From Amoebidium appalachense (Eukaryota; Protista; Ichthyosporea), in the NCBI GenBank assembly GCA_963693365.1, contig CAVNZM010000016.1, positions 7,299,029 to 7,363,028 of the forward strand: a stretch of DNA of 64,000 bases, in the 5' to 3' direction. Shown here in pieces: positions 52,282 to 64,000 of the stretch. The notes under the pieces were generated by a model. The model did no database searches. It saw nothing but the letters and a program-made list of their open reading frames with translations, and was not told where the DNA came from. Every line of letters starts with the position of its first letter. Position 1 is the stretch's first letter. The position numbers were made by a program, and so were the translations under genes.

Positions 52282-52652
52282 CACAGGACCGTGGCAGTAG
52301 CAAGCGCAGCCGTTCTCGCAGTCGCTCCCGCCGGCGTTCCCGCTCTCCCTCCCGCAACCGCAGCCACCGCAAGTCCAGATCAAGATCAAGATCCAAATCG
52401 AGATCCAGGTCAAGATCTAGATCTAGATCCAGGTCAAGATCTGGCTCACGCGGGAGGTCAGGGTCTCGTGACCGCAGTGAAGAGAGAAAGGACGAAAAGG
52501 AGGACGACAAGAAGGAGGAGGCCAAGAACGAGGGTGAAGTCAAGAAGGAGGGGTCCCCCGTGGCCGAACGGGCTGGGTCAGCTTCCCCCAAGCGGGCCGG
52601 GTCGGCTTCCCCTGCTCGGTCTCGCAGTCGCAGCCCGGAAAAGGATATATAA
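47565..52652 (+). CDS. Serine/arginine-rich splicing factor, SRSF4/5/6 (SRp55/B52) family: two RRMs plus RS domain
   Basis: Exons 47565-47684, 48318-48388, 49287-49346, 50080-50152, 50794-50870, 51782-51875, 52287-52652: [74 protein letters not shown], long RS repeat. Confidence 0.93.
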
Positions 52653-53117
52653 TGTTGCAGTCTTTGTGTTTGTGTTTGTGTTTGTGTTGTGCAAAAACAT
52701 TTTCAATCAGCATGGCCATGGCGATACTCTAGTTTTGGAACAGTTTCATTGTTATTTTATTGTTATTTCATTTTTGGTCTATTGTTGTTTTATTCAGTCC
52801 ACTTGTCATGTGTCTACGGTGGCTTGCTTTGTTGCTGCTAGCCTTGGCTGCACGGCCACCGGCAAATAAAAACCCAACTACATACAGTGCATCAGCGTGC
52901 ACCCACAATTGCTTGGAGTCCTCTGGAATCCTCTGGGCCCTATGCACGTGCTGATGTGGTATGCCACGTGCGTCACGGAAAGTTTGGTGTGTTCCTGCCT
53001 GTGTAAGTGTGCACAGGGGGGAAGGGGGGGGGGGGGGGGGGGACTGGTGTGTATGTGCACACATGCGGATAATCCACGCATCTTTGTGTGTACGTATACA
53101 TGCAAACGTGATTGTGG

Positions 53118-53155
<38 letters not shown>

Positions 53156-54518
53156 ACGTCAATGTGTACACGTGTATGTCTGTATGCCTGTGTTTGTCTG
53201 TTGGTGGGCATGTGCGAACGCACGTGCTGATACTACGCAGGCAAGACGCGACATATATACGGCATCGATGATCATGGTGCAGTCCATACACACCGAATCC
53301 CTCCCCCCAGGGCATTATATCCCCCCCTCCTTCGGGCCACGTCCCCCTGCCCTCCTCCCCTAGGCTTCCCTGGCCACACGCACGCCGTCGGGCACACACA
53401 TGTACATGTGCATCCCCCCCCACGTGCACCCTCCCGGCCCACACACACCCACACAAGAGAGACACACCCTATTAAAATTAGGCCCTGGAGATGGGGGGGG
53501 GGGGGGGTCTGTGCCACGGTGTGTGTGTGACTATGTGTCTCGTGGTGTGTGCTAACCGTGTGTTCCTTGTACAGCATGTTTGTGTGCTTGTACAGCATGT
53601 TTGTGTTCCTTGTACAGCGTGTGCCTGTGTGTGCGTGTTGTACATATTTGAGCACAAACTGTGTGTGTGTGAACGTTCGAGAACACACAAATTAATCCAT
53701 TAGAAGCCAACATGATCATGCAGAATGCAGCACGTTTAACCGTCTGAATGATTCGCAGAAAACGAACAACTTTAAATTCAAAAACCCGAAAACCCATATG
53801 ACAGATTTCAAAATAACATCCAACCTGGCAAACTAAGATCCTTTAAGTATTCATGGCAAGGCAGTGTGCATTCATTCAGCGTCTCCAGATACACATTTCC
53901 GAGATGCAACATACTCAGTGGCTGAATCAATTCATGCATGACATAGTGTGTGGTCGTGCGCATGCATGCCAGGGCATGGCCAGCGCCTGTTATGGCCATA
54001 TATGGATGACGTAGGCACCAGGGTGTCATGCAAGCAAAACCCCTCACACACATACATGCTTATCCCCCCCCCCCCCCCCCCCCCCCGGGCCCATCCTTCT
54101 ACCAGTACAACAATCGTTCATGCCAGGGAACTTTGATTACCCCCCCTCCCTGCTATCGCATGAACACACATGCCCCTGCACACGCACACACGCCGGAATG
54201 CACAGCGGTGCAATGCTGTGGCACACATTCTTAATAGTGCACTGTCCCTCCCCACAGGTCCAGATTGTACCGAAACGATTACAGGCACACCCTGTACACA
54301 CGTAAATACACTGCTTGCATGCACATGCACGTGCACGTCTGTATTATTGTGATGTTGGCATGATCTATAGCCAATGAAATCGATCAGCTGAACCAGCTAT
54401 CCAATCAGAGCGCCTTATTTCCGCAATGGCCAAATCGGGTGCTGTATGTAGCCTCCCGAGGTGTTGTCCCTTTTTGCCCATACCCCCACAAATATACCTT
54501 ATTATATACACACCGTGA

Positions 54519-54553
<35 letters not shown>

Positions 54554-54604
54554 GCACGCACACGCACACACATGCACACACACACGCACACGCACATCTA
54601 CGCG

Positions 54605-54681
<77 letters not shown>

Positions 54682-54689
54682 ACACACCC

Positions 54690-54726
<37 letters not shown>

Positions 54727-56117
54727 CTTCCTACTCCCACACTCCAGCGGTAAGTTCTGCTTCTGCCTATGACAAATTCACAAGCACAACCCGGCTCCTT
54801 TGAAGGCAGGCCAACCACATACGGTTGCCAAGCATGTATGTATTGCTAAGTTTATTCTGGCTAGGTCAATGAGCACAGTGGTGAGAGGTGGATTGCTGTT
54901 AGAAAGTGATGCCTTTATGTTGGTGTGTGTGTGCTGGTTGGTGCATGCGTGTTCACAGGAGAGTATTAACTGTTATAGGATTGTGTTAAATTGTTGCTAG
55001 TCTTCGGGAAGTGGATGGGAAGCCGGGGGGCTGGGGGGAGGGGACGGGGGGGAGGAGGAGCAGAGGGAGTGGGAGGAAAAGAAAGGTGGGGGGGATGGGG
55101 TAGTGACGGGCTTGTCCGTGTCCCATATACTCACTGATACAAATGTGTGTGGGAAATCTTCCTTCCTCCCCCCCCCCCTCCCCCCCCCCCCACCTCTCAC
55201 ACCCACCCCCCTAACCCTTTCACCACTCCCCGTCCACCTCCCCCCTTTGCCACCTCCCCCTTCCCTCCCCCCCCCCCCCCCCCCCTTCTCCCTCTCCCAA
55301 ATCATCATCACCAGTAGTATTGTTATTACACGGCTCAAGTGACTCCGGGGGGAAGGGGGGGGGGGGGGGGTGAAAGGGGGGAGGGGGCGTAGGGGGCTCA
55401 AGTGATGGGGGGGGGGGGGGGGGTAAATACTCAGTTCAGCCTCTCCCCTCCCCCCCCCCCCCCCCCCCCCCCCCAGCACTGCAAGTACTTTCTACCACCT
55501 TGCACCTTATCCAATCATAAAACCTATAGCTTCCTCTCCTTCCCCCCTCTCCCCCCGACCCTCCCACCCAAAAGAAAACATCTTCAAAACCATTACCAAC
55601 CCAAATTTGGCTATTCTCAATTTATCGGTTCCGCATCCTCCCCCCCCCCCCCCCCCCTCCCCTCCCCCCTCCCACATTCCCCTTTCCGGGTCCACGCATG
55701 CACATGTTTCGTTGCCCTTCCCTCTTCCACACCAGCCCTAGCCTCCATCCACCCTCCTCCCCTAACACCCTCAGAAGCGGGAGGGAAGAAAGACACGGTG
55801 GCTACTGTGCGCAGTACTGGTTGCCAGAATTCAGGGGGGGGAGGGGGGAAGTCGTTCTAAAGCTTGATAATTAATTGTATACACGCTACCCGGGTATATT
55901 TGCTCTGTAGTTTGTAATACAAAGACGGACTGTAAAGGGCTGTGATTGTAATACGCAGAGATGATAAGCAAATCGGACGGGGATTGAAACCGGGAGGCAG
56001 GCTGCAGATGGGGGAAGGGAAGGGTGGTTGTGGGGAAGGCGGCTGTGTGTTGGAGGAGAAGGAGGAAGGGAGGGGGGAAGGGGGCGGAGGAGGCGAGAGG
56101 GGACGCGGGGACAGTGT

Positions 56118-56206
<89 letters not shown>

Positions 56207-56220
56207 CGTGGGCGTGTGCA

Positions 56221-56264
<44 letters not shown>

Positions 56265-56343
56265 GGTGTGTGCGCGCGCGTGTGCGTGTGCATGCGTGTG
56301 TGCGTTTGTGTGTATGTGTTTGTGTGTATGTGTGTGTGTGTGT

Positions 56344-56386
<43 letters not shown>

Positions 56387-56463
56387 GGTGATGGTAGTTG
56401 CGGGATGGGTACCCGGGTTGGGTGGGTGGGTGGGCGGGTCTGTGTGTGTATGTGTGTTTGTGT

Positions 56464-56511
<48 letters not shown>

Positions 56512-56982
56512 GGGTGGAGGGATGGGGGGAAGTGGAGGGGGCATGCTAGCTAATACTAGTACCGCTTAGTCGTTGAGGTTCAGAAGGGTGTGGGAAGGCA
56601 AGGCAAGAAACATGCAATCAGATCAAGGATAGATGCGTTTTGATTCGACAGATAAGCGGTAAACCCATGAAGAGCCCTGTGCTTTCTGCAGCAAAAGCTC
56701 ATGCCCAAATTTGGTCAATTTGATGAAGTGGGCTGTCCGACGTTTCACACCAAAGAAATCGACTCTGGCTGGTGATTGGCTACAACTCTAGAGCATACCC
56801 ATATAGGGCAACTTCCTAATTAGGCCGTTACAACTAACTCTGTTCCAGATCGATATCCCAGTCCGTGGACACGGAGAGGTGGATTTCTGAGGGTAGGAGG
56901 GGGTGGTAGGAGGAGCCCATCCACCGGAGTGGGGGAAGGGGGGGGGGGGGGGGGGGGGGGGGGGGAGGGGGGGGGGGGGGGG

Positions 56983-57022
<40 letters not shown>

Positions 57023-58031
57023 GAGATGGGTTAATTCGAAATGTTGCGATGAGCAAGCCCACCTATAGACAACACGCCCACACCTCTGCCATCTTTTCCC
57101 TTCCACATGCACATTGATAATTTTCCACATCCACAATCGCAACGCCGTTTTATCGGCAGCCCCCCCCCCCCCCCCCCCCCCCAAAAATAAAATAAAATAA
57201 AATAAAATAAAAAAAATAACCGACCATGCCTTTGAGCAAACTTTGAGAGGAACGGTACGTAATCTCCATAGACTATCCCCTAGACATCCGTGCGCAGTCA
57301 AACCACTGCGGCTTGCTTCCCCCCCCCCCCTCCCCCCCCCCCCCCCCCCCCCCCCCCCCACCTTCTTACCCAGCTAGAGGCCCCATCATCCTTCACACAT
57401 ACCAACCTGGACTAACCTGTCCACCTCCCAACTCTGGTACACTGCAGACACTCTCCGTGCCTCCCCCCCCCCCCCCAATTCCTCTTCTCTCCTCCCCCTG
57501 CTGCCCCTCCCTCCCCCTCCCCCCCCCCCCCCGGGCCCTTCCCCTTATCCCCCCCACAACCCCCCGTCTCCAAGCACCGACCCCATCTGCCTAGCAGCCC
57601 AAGGATCCCCTTTTTGCTATCTCCTTTCTCCTTCTGGCAGGACACGAATTACTTCCCCCCACACCCCTCCATTCCCCAATGTCTTTGACCACACCTGCGA
57701 ATCTACCCATTGTACCCCATGTGTATCTGTTCCTGCTGTCATCCTCTTGGCACACACACAGATGTCACACACTGCAGTCATTCTCCCCACAGCAACCATA
57801 TCACGTAGGGCTACCTTTCCCGTATACATCGTGCCACATTATAGAGGCACTTTTTCTCACCAACCTTCCCCCCACCTTCACCCCTCCTCCCCCCTCCCTC
57901 CCTCCCCTCCCCCTCCCCCAAAAACCCCACCTCTCAAACCATAGGCATGTCAGTCCAATCATAGTGTCTACTTTCGCAATTTTTTCACATGGTGTAGGTT
58001 TATGTCATGGTGGTGGTTGTTTTCTTCTTTA

Positions 58032-58067
<36 letters not shown>

Positions 58068-59687
58068 GGGGGGAGGACAGATTAGTTCTGAACTCGTGCA
58101 CATATGAATTGTAGATTTGAACTGATACATGATGGCCGGTATGTAGCCGTGGATGTGCATGCTCCGAAATAGCAACGTACTCTATTCCCCCCCTCCCCCC
58201 CCTCCCCACCCCCTCTCCCCTCCAAAAAAAGAAACGCTCGAACCCCCCCCCCCTCCCCCAGCCCCCCCCCCCAAAAAAGAAACACTCGAACACTCGAACC
58301 CTCCTCCTCCCCCCCCTCCCCCCCCCCCCCCCCCCCCCCCCCCCACACACACACACAGATACAGGCACGCACATCACCCCACTGACTGTCTCAGCCAGTA
58401 CATCACCGTACCCACAGAGAATGTGCATGAACATGCTCCGTCAGACACAGAATTTTCATCAATGATGACATGTGATTCGTTGAACGTAGCAAGATTCGCG
58501 GTCACTCACGAAGCCTTCCCAGGATAATCAAAGCACATACCATGCAATTAGCCTCACATTGTTATAGTTCTCCAACTCCGTCATTTGTTGCGGCAGAAAG
58601 TTTCCATAATCGGCCCTTTTGTATGTGGCCCCAACACTCTCTGTTTCTTGGGGCCCAATTTTCATGCCATGATTCGGCCACGAAACGAACAAAGGTGCCC
58701 AACCAAGCATCATCGAGCAACTTAGTGTCTAGTTTGGATCAGTTGACACCATCCGGTACATTGGCATGCAAATGTGTTGTGTACAGTGCCGGTGACGTAG
58801 AAAAGGTTAGAGATAAAAGAGTGTGAGACGTGATTCTTGAACCACTCCATAACCAGTTAAAGTTTCCCCCCTTCATTTCCGGGCTCGGCAGCTTGCCCCA
58901 AGAAACTACCTCTACGGTTCCGCAATCCTCTTCGGAATTTGAAAAGGGTTGAGGGTTTGCGGAGCTGGGGGGAAGGTGGTGGCGGCGGTGGTGGTTGTGG
59001 TGAGGTGGCGGGGGGAGGCAGCATGCCTAAGGGATTCTGATTCAACTAACATACAGCGCTGGTAATCCCCTCCCCCCCCCCCCTCCTCCCCCCTCCCCCC
59101 CTTCCCCCCACCTCCACCACCACATGTGTACACACTCACACCCTTTCCCTCTCAAAAAATGGTGTAGGGGCAGTAAGGTTGGCTTTAACCGTGGCTGAGC
59201 CGTAGCTACGCTGTCACGGTGTGCTTTTATTTTATTTTATTTATTTATTTATTTATTTTTTTTTTTTTGGGGGGGGGGGGGGGGGGAGGGAGGGGATAGG
59301 GGGGAGGGATGAAGGGAAGGGGAAGGGGGGAAGGCGGCCAGGAGCCCAAGGCTTGCATTGGACGAGAGGCATTTTATTCTTTACCGTTGAAGCGGCTGCG
59401 GGGGATATAAAAGCTCTGCAAAAAATTGTTAAGGGGACCTAATATAGGTATCTGAGATTAAGCGGGAAAGGGGCAAAGGGTGACTCGATAATGTCTTAAA
59501 AAGTGTGAACAGGCTGCGCTATTGGGCCCGGAGGGGAGAGTGGGGGGGGAGGGGGGATGATGGGAGGGAGGCAGGCTGGCCCAATCTGGATGGCTGGATA
59601 GTATGTAGTAATACTATCATAGATTGGGCCAGCCATCCCCCCTCCCCCCCCCCCCCCCCCCCCTCCCTCCCCCTCCCTTCTCCCTGA

Positions 59688-59941
59688 TAAATCCTAATAA
59701 CTACGCAGCTACCTATTGAGGTAGCCTATGATAGTTCTGGGTGATATAGAGACAAGGGGATTGATAATATAACCACAATGTAGTTAGTAGGAAGTTAGCC
59801 ACTCAGGCAGATTGGATTTCAAGTCATATGGTGGCAAGAGGGCAAGTTTAAAACTTGACAGAATAATTACAATACACTGTGACACCAACTGCAAGGGTCC
59901 AAATAAATGACGATGAAGTAGTGCACAACGGGCGGCCGCAG

Positions 59942-59943
<2 letters not shown>
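59688..59943 (+). mobile_element. Possible heavily decayed non-LTR reverse transcriptase remnant
   Basis: Ordered fragments NPNNY, LDFKS and TARVQIN...GRPQG resemble RT domains 1, 3 and 4 but are closer than normal and broken by stops. Confidence 0.25.
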
Positions 59944-60006
<63 letters not shown>

Positions 60007-60071
60007 GGGGAGAGGGGGGAGAGGGGGGGGGGGGGGGGGGGGGCGGGGGTGGGTGGGTGGGTGGGTGGGTA

Positions 60072-60103
<32 letters not shown>

Positions 60104-60205
60104 AGAGGAGTGGGAGGTGCAATTGAATGATTTTGAAAGCGAGCTCGAGCTTCATAAATTTAGTACGGCAGCTCGCTGAAGGGGCGACAAAATGCCCAGG
60201 CCTGG

Positions 60206-61692
60206 AATTAGCCGCTCAAGGAGCCCTAATATTTGGCAGCCAAAAATATTCACATTCGCATTATTGTGTGAAAAGACGATTAATCGTATTTATAAAATTA
60301 TATTGAGGTATGCGTATTTAGGGGCGATAATACGATTATGGCATGCCAAACGCGCCTAAACACGCAAGATATGCCCGCTCGATCGTATTTACGTTTCATC
60401 AATAGAATGCTAAATACAAAGTGTATCGATCAGATGTTTGATTGGGCGGAGGGATGCAATCGATAATAATACACCTAGTACTTCGAAATGCACATAAAAG
60501 TCATATTTTGAGCGCAGTTTGCATCTTTCTATATACATAACATTTATAAAGATACTTTTTCTACCTATATTTTTTTTAATCTACTTCTATTGTAAGAAAA
60601 AAAGGCATTATTTGGAGAAGAACAGGTGCCGATCCGGTTTCCACCAACTCACAGCTAAAATAACTATAAAAGGTTGCGACAATGTCAAAACCAGGGTTCG
60701 AAGGACGGTGGAGCCCATTTACGGAAGTCGAAATCCCGTTTCGGAAAACCTCTTGAAAATCGGAATGCTCCGTCGGAGCAGGCCCACCAAAAATCGTAAT
60801 CGTCGCGCATAAGTAAACTTGAGTACTTGTACTTGAGTTGGTTAACATTGTGAGAATAATCCCAATTAATAACTTGAATTGGTTAACATTGTGAGAATAA
60901 TCTTAATTAGTAATGCAACAAGTGAACGTGGCTTCTCTGGTGTGAATATCATTAAGACTTCTCTCAGATTTAGCACGTATGACAACACAGACTGTGCACA
61001 ATCAGCTCATGATAGCCATGAATGGGCCGGATATAGAGGCAGATGTGAAGCACGTGAAAGCTGAGCTTAATTTTCAGGAAGAAATGGCTAAGAAATTAGT
61101 TAAAGAGGGCAAACTGAAAGGGTTAACTGTAGTAGGGGCCAAGGAGCAGCTGGAAAAGGCCCAGGTGGCCGAGGCATGCAGCAGCCCAAAAGATGGCTCT
61201 GGCAGATTTCCTGCCTTTTGACTGGAACAGGGTGCACAATGTGTATATTGCCAACCCTTTCAAATAAATTGGATCTCTGACAACACACCAGCACCTACAG
61301 TAGTAACCGTCAAGTAGTCTCCCTTGTTTTCATTTAAAAATTCTGGGGGAGGGGAGGGGAGGGAGGGAGGGAGGGGGAGGGGGGGGGGGGGGGGGGGGAG
61401 TGAGTTTAGGCAGCAACATGGGAAGCTCAGGCAGAAATCGAATGTTTGGGGGGGGGGGGGGGAGAGGGGGGGGGGGGGGAAGAAAATCACGTTGGGTGCA
61501 CGTGGTTGTGTTTGTGTTTGTGTGTGTGTGAGTTAATTTTTCTTTGCAATTGTGTGTGTGTGTGTGGTGGGTATGTAATACTATGCACGGTGTGTGTCTG
61601 TGTGTATGTGTACAGGTGTGGGTGTGTGTATTTGTGTCAGTGGTAATCGGTGTGTGTGTGTCTATGTTGTGTGCATGTGTGCACATATATGT

Positions 61693-61727
<35 letters not shown>

Positions 61728-61939
61728 TGTGTACACGTGTGTGTGTGCATGACATTGTGTGCACGTGTGTGTGTGTTTTGTGTCAACAGTTATGGTGTGT
61801 GTGTATGTATCACGGTACAGTGTGTGCATGTATGTGTGTGTGTGTGCAGTGTGGTGTGTATGTATGCAGGGTGTGTGTGTCTGTGTATGTGTGTGTACAT
61901 GCCAGTGTGGGTGTGTGTGTTTGTGCCAACGGTTTCTTG

Positions 61940-61979
<40 letters not shown>

Positions 61980-62945
61980 CCACGGGGTGTGTGTGCTTGC
62001 GCCGTGTACATATGTACGTACGTATACATGGTGTGTGTGTGCAGTGTAAGTGTGTGTGTGTGCGCGCGCGTGTGTGTGTGTTTGTGTGTGTGTGGGTGGG
62101 TGGGTGCATAGCATGTGATTGTACAGGGTAGATGCATGTGCACGTTTGAAATACAGTTATCATGATCTGAGATAGTATGTGCCTGTGCACGTGTACTAGC
62201 CTAGGTCACATGTGTGGTGTCACGGCTGTGTATGTGGGGTGCATGTGTGCCTTTGAACGGAACACAGTGGTGCACAGTGTGTGTATTGCCTGCCATTTGC
62301 GTGCCACTGATCGTTGGTACACGTGGCACCTGCACCTGGTGGCCGTCGACTCTGAGCATCTAGATCCATTCCATGTTTAGGCCTTCCTGGGGGGGAAGGG
62401 GGGGGGGGGGGAGTACTAGTAGGGGGGGGGGGGGGGGACCCGCCTGAGAGGGGGGGGGGGGAGGGGTGAGGCCGGAGCGGCAGTGGGGGGAGAAGGAGGG
62501 GCAGCACTGGCGGAGGGAACGGTGGGCAGCGGAGGAGGGGGGGAATGGGGTTCGATTTCTGGGGGGGGGAAGTTTTGAAGTGGAGGCCGGCCTATATATA
62601 CATGCGCAGGCATATGCATTGTATGTTCATGTGGCCATGCATGGCTATGATGCATATGTGGTGTCACGGCTGTGTGTGTTTAAATGTGTGTGTGTGTGTG
62701 TCTGTGTGTGTGTGTGTGTGTGTGCGCGCGTGGGTGTGTGCATAAATGTGTTTGGTGTGACAACATGTACATGTGCTAGGCTGGCGCTCTAGTCAGGGTC
62801 TGCCATTGAACATTCTACAGGGACAGGGAGACACGTACGTACGTGTGCAGCTTGTGTGGGTGGTGTATGCCCCGTGTATGATGATACCTGCGAAGTCATG
62901 AGAAGCTTCTCCCCGGGGGCGGGGCGGGGCGGGGGGGGCGGGGGG

Positions 62946-63012
<67 letters not shown>

Positions 63013-63492
63013 CTCTCGGGCGTTCCGATTCGGCCGGGACGATTTTCGGAACTGTGTTTTCAAATATCGGAAATTCCGATTTTTTTTCTCGTAACTTCGA
63101 ACCCTGGTCAAAACTGGATGGATCGGATCGATCCAATGGAAGCTTACTGCGCTTATGATTGGGCGAAAGATATATCGTCTTTTCGAAAAGCACGAAAATC
63201 ATCTTTTCGAAAAGACGATATAAAAGCGATCCCATCGACTTTTCGCGAGATATAATTCTGCGGCGTGTTTGGCACGACACAAATACGTATTCGTGGTATT
63301 GCGCGAAAATACGAATACGATGAAAAGACGATATAACTGCGCTGCCAAACACGCCCTTAGCTTGCAACAGCCTGATATCCCCCCCCTCCCAATTAGCCGC
63401 TCAAGAAGCCTAAATATAATAAATATATTAGCTTGCAATTAATTCAGCTGATATCCCGGCCCCCCTCCCAATTAGCCGCTCAAGGAGCCCTA
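60206..63492. repeat. Three copies of AATTAGCCGCTCAAG(G/A)AGCC (60206, 63391, 63470) plus an inverted ACCAGGGTTCGAA pair (60690 and 63097); likely transposon subterminal sequence
   Basis: Direct sequence matches. Confidence 0.55.
60831..61030 (+). pseudogene. hAT transposase C-terminal dimerisation-domain remnant
   Basis: SNATSERGFSGVNIIKTSLR / frameshift / MTTQTVHNQLMIAMNGP; includes a 41-bp tandem duplication (60831-60912). Confidence 0.75.
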
Positions 63493-64000
63493 GCTTGCAA
63501 CAGCCTGATATATCCCCCCCCCCCCCCCCCCCCCCCCCCATATCTGCCCCCGAGTCACTCAGTGCAAGACCCGGGCCTCAGTGCCCGGCCCAGGGACCCA
63601 AGCGTATGGGTGGCCCTTCATGATGCCATGTTAATTGAGGGGTTCAAAAATAGCTTCTGATTTTCCATGGTCTATGGACAGCAAACACGTTAGGTCTGTA
63701 CCATATCATTGGCCTTGTACGCCAGCCAGCCAGTTACCAGCCTAGAGAATGAATTGGCCCAGCATCCTATGCAGAAGATATGTATACGTATATGGTGACT
63801 GTACGTACGTCGGGTCATTGTGTGACCGTTGTTTTGGGACTTGCTGGAAAGATTTTTGATTTGAACGAGCCGACTGTCACAAATATGCCAATCGGAACGC
63901 AATCGGAAATAGTGCACGAATCAGCTTGCAGGAGCGCTTTGATTGGTGGAGCAGGTGCACAAGCATGAATACTCTTGAAGAGCTGTCCTATGTACGATAC

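Noticed and set aside
56580-58830. Non-repetitive patches with faint LINE-like fragments (YKRADYGNF, QKGDP)
   Set aside because: Too degraded to support any assignment.

Overview
Intron-rich eukaryotic genomic DNA (animal/fungal-type GT-AG introns with CTRAC branch points; possibly a unicellular opisthokont, which is inference only). It is saturated with (CA)n/(GT)n microsatellites and poly-G/poly-C tracts, and most of the ORF track is low-complexity noise. Spliced genes rebuilt by hand: a partial coiled-coil gene at the left edge, an ~18-exon APC-family amino acid permease, RPS21, coactosin and an SRSF4/5/6-type SR protein. Intronless genes: a GT31 galactosyltransferase, an 8-TM protein with class C GPCR-like motifs, and a frameshifted gene whose C-terminal half resembles cyanobacterial nuclease inhibitor NuiA. 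Mobile DNA: a hAT-type MITE with an 8-bp TSD, foldback elements, non-LTR RT remnants, a gag-like zinc knuckle, a hAT transposase remnant and a structured ~310-bp intronic dispersed repeat. The most interesting signals are the NuiA-like gene, splice acceptors built directly on (CA)n tracts together with complementary repeats at opposite intron ends, and the GPCR-like protein with no Venus flytrap domain. Family assignments come from remembered motifs, not database searches.
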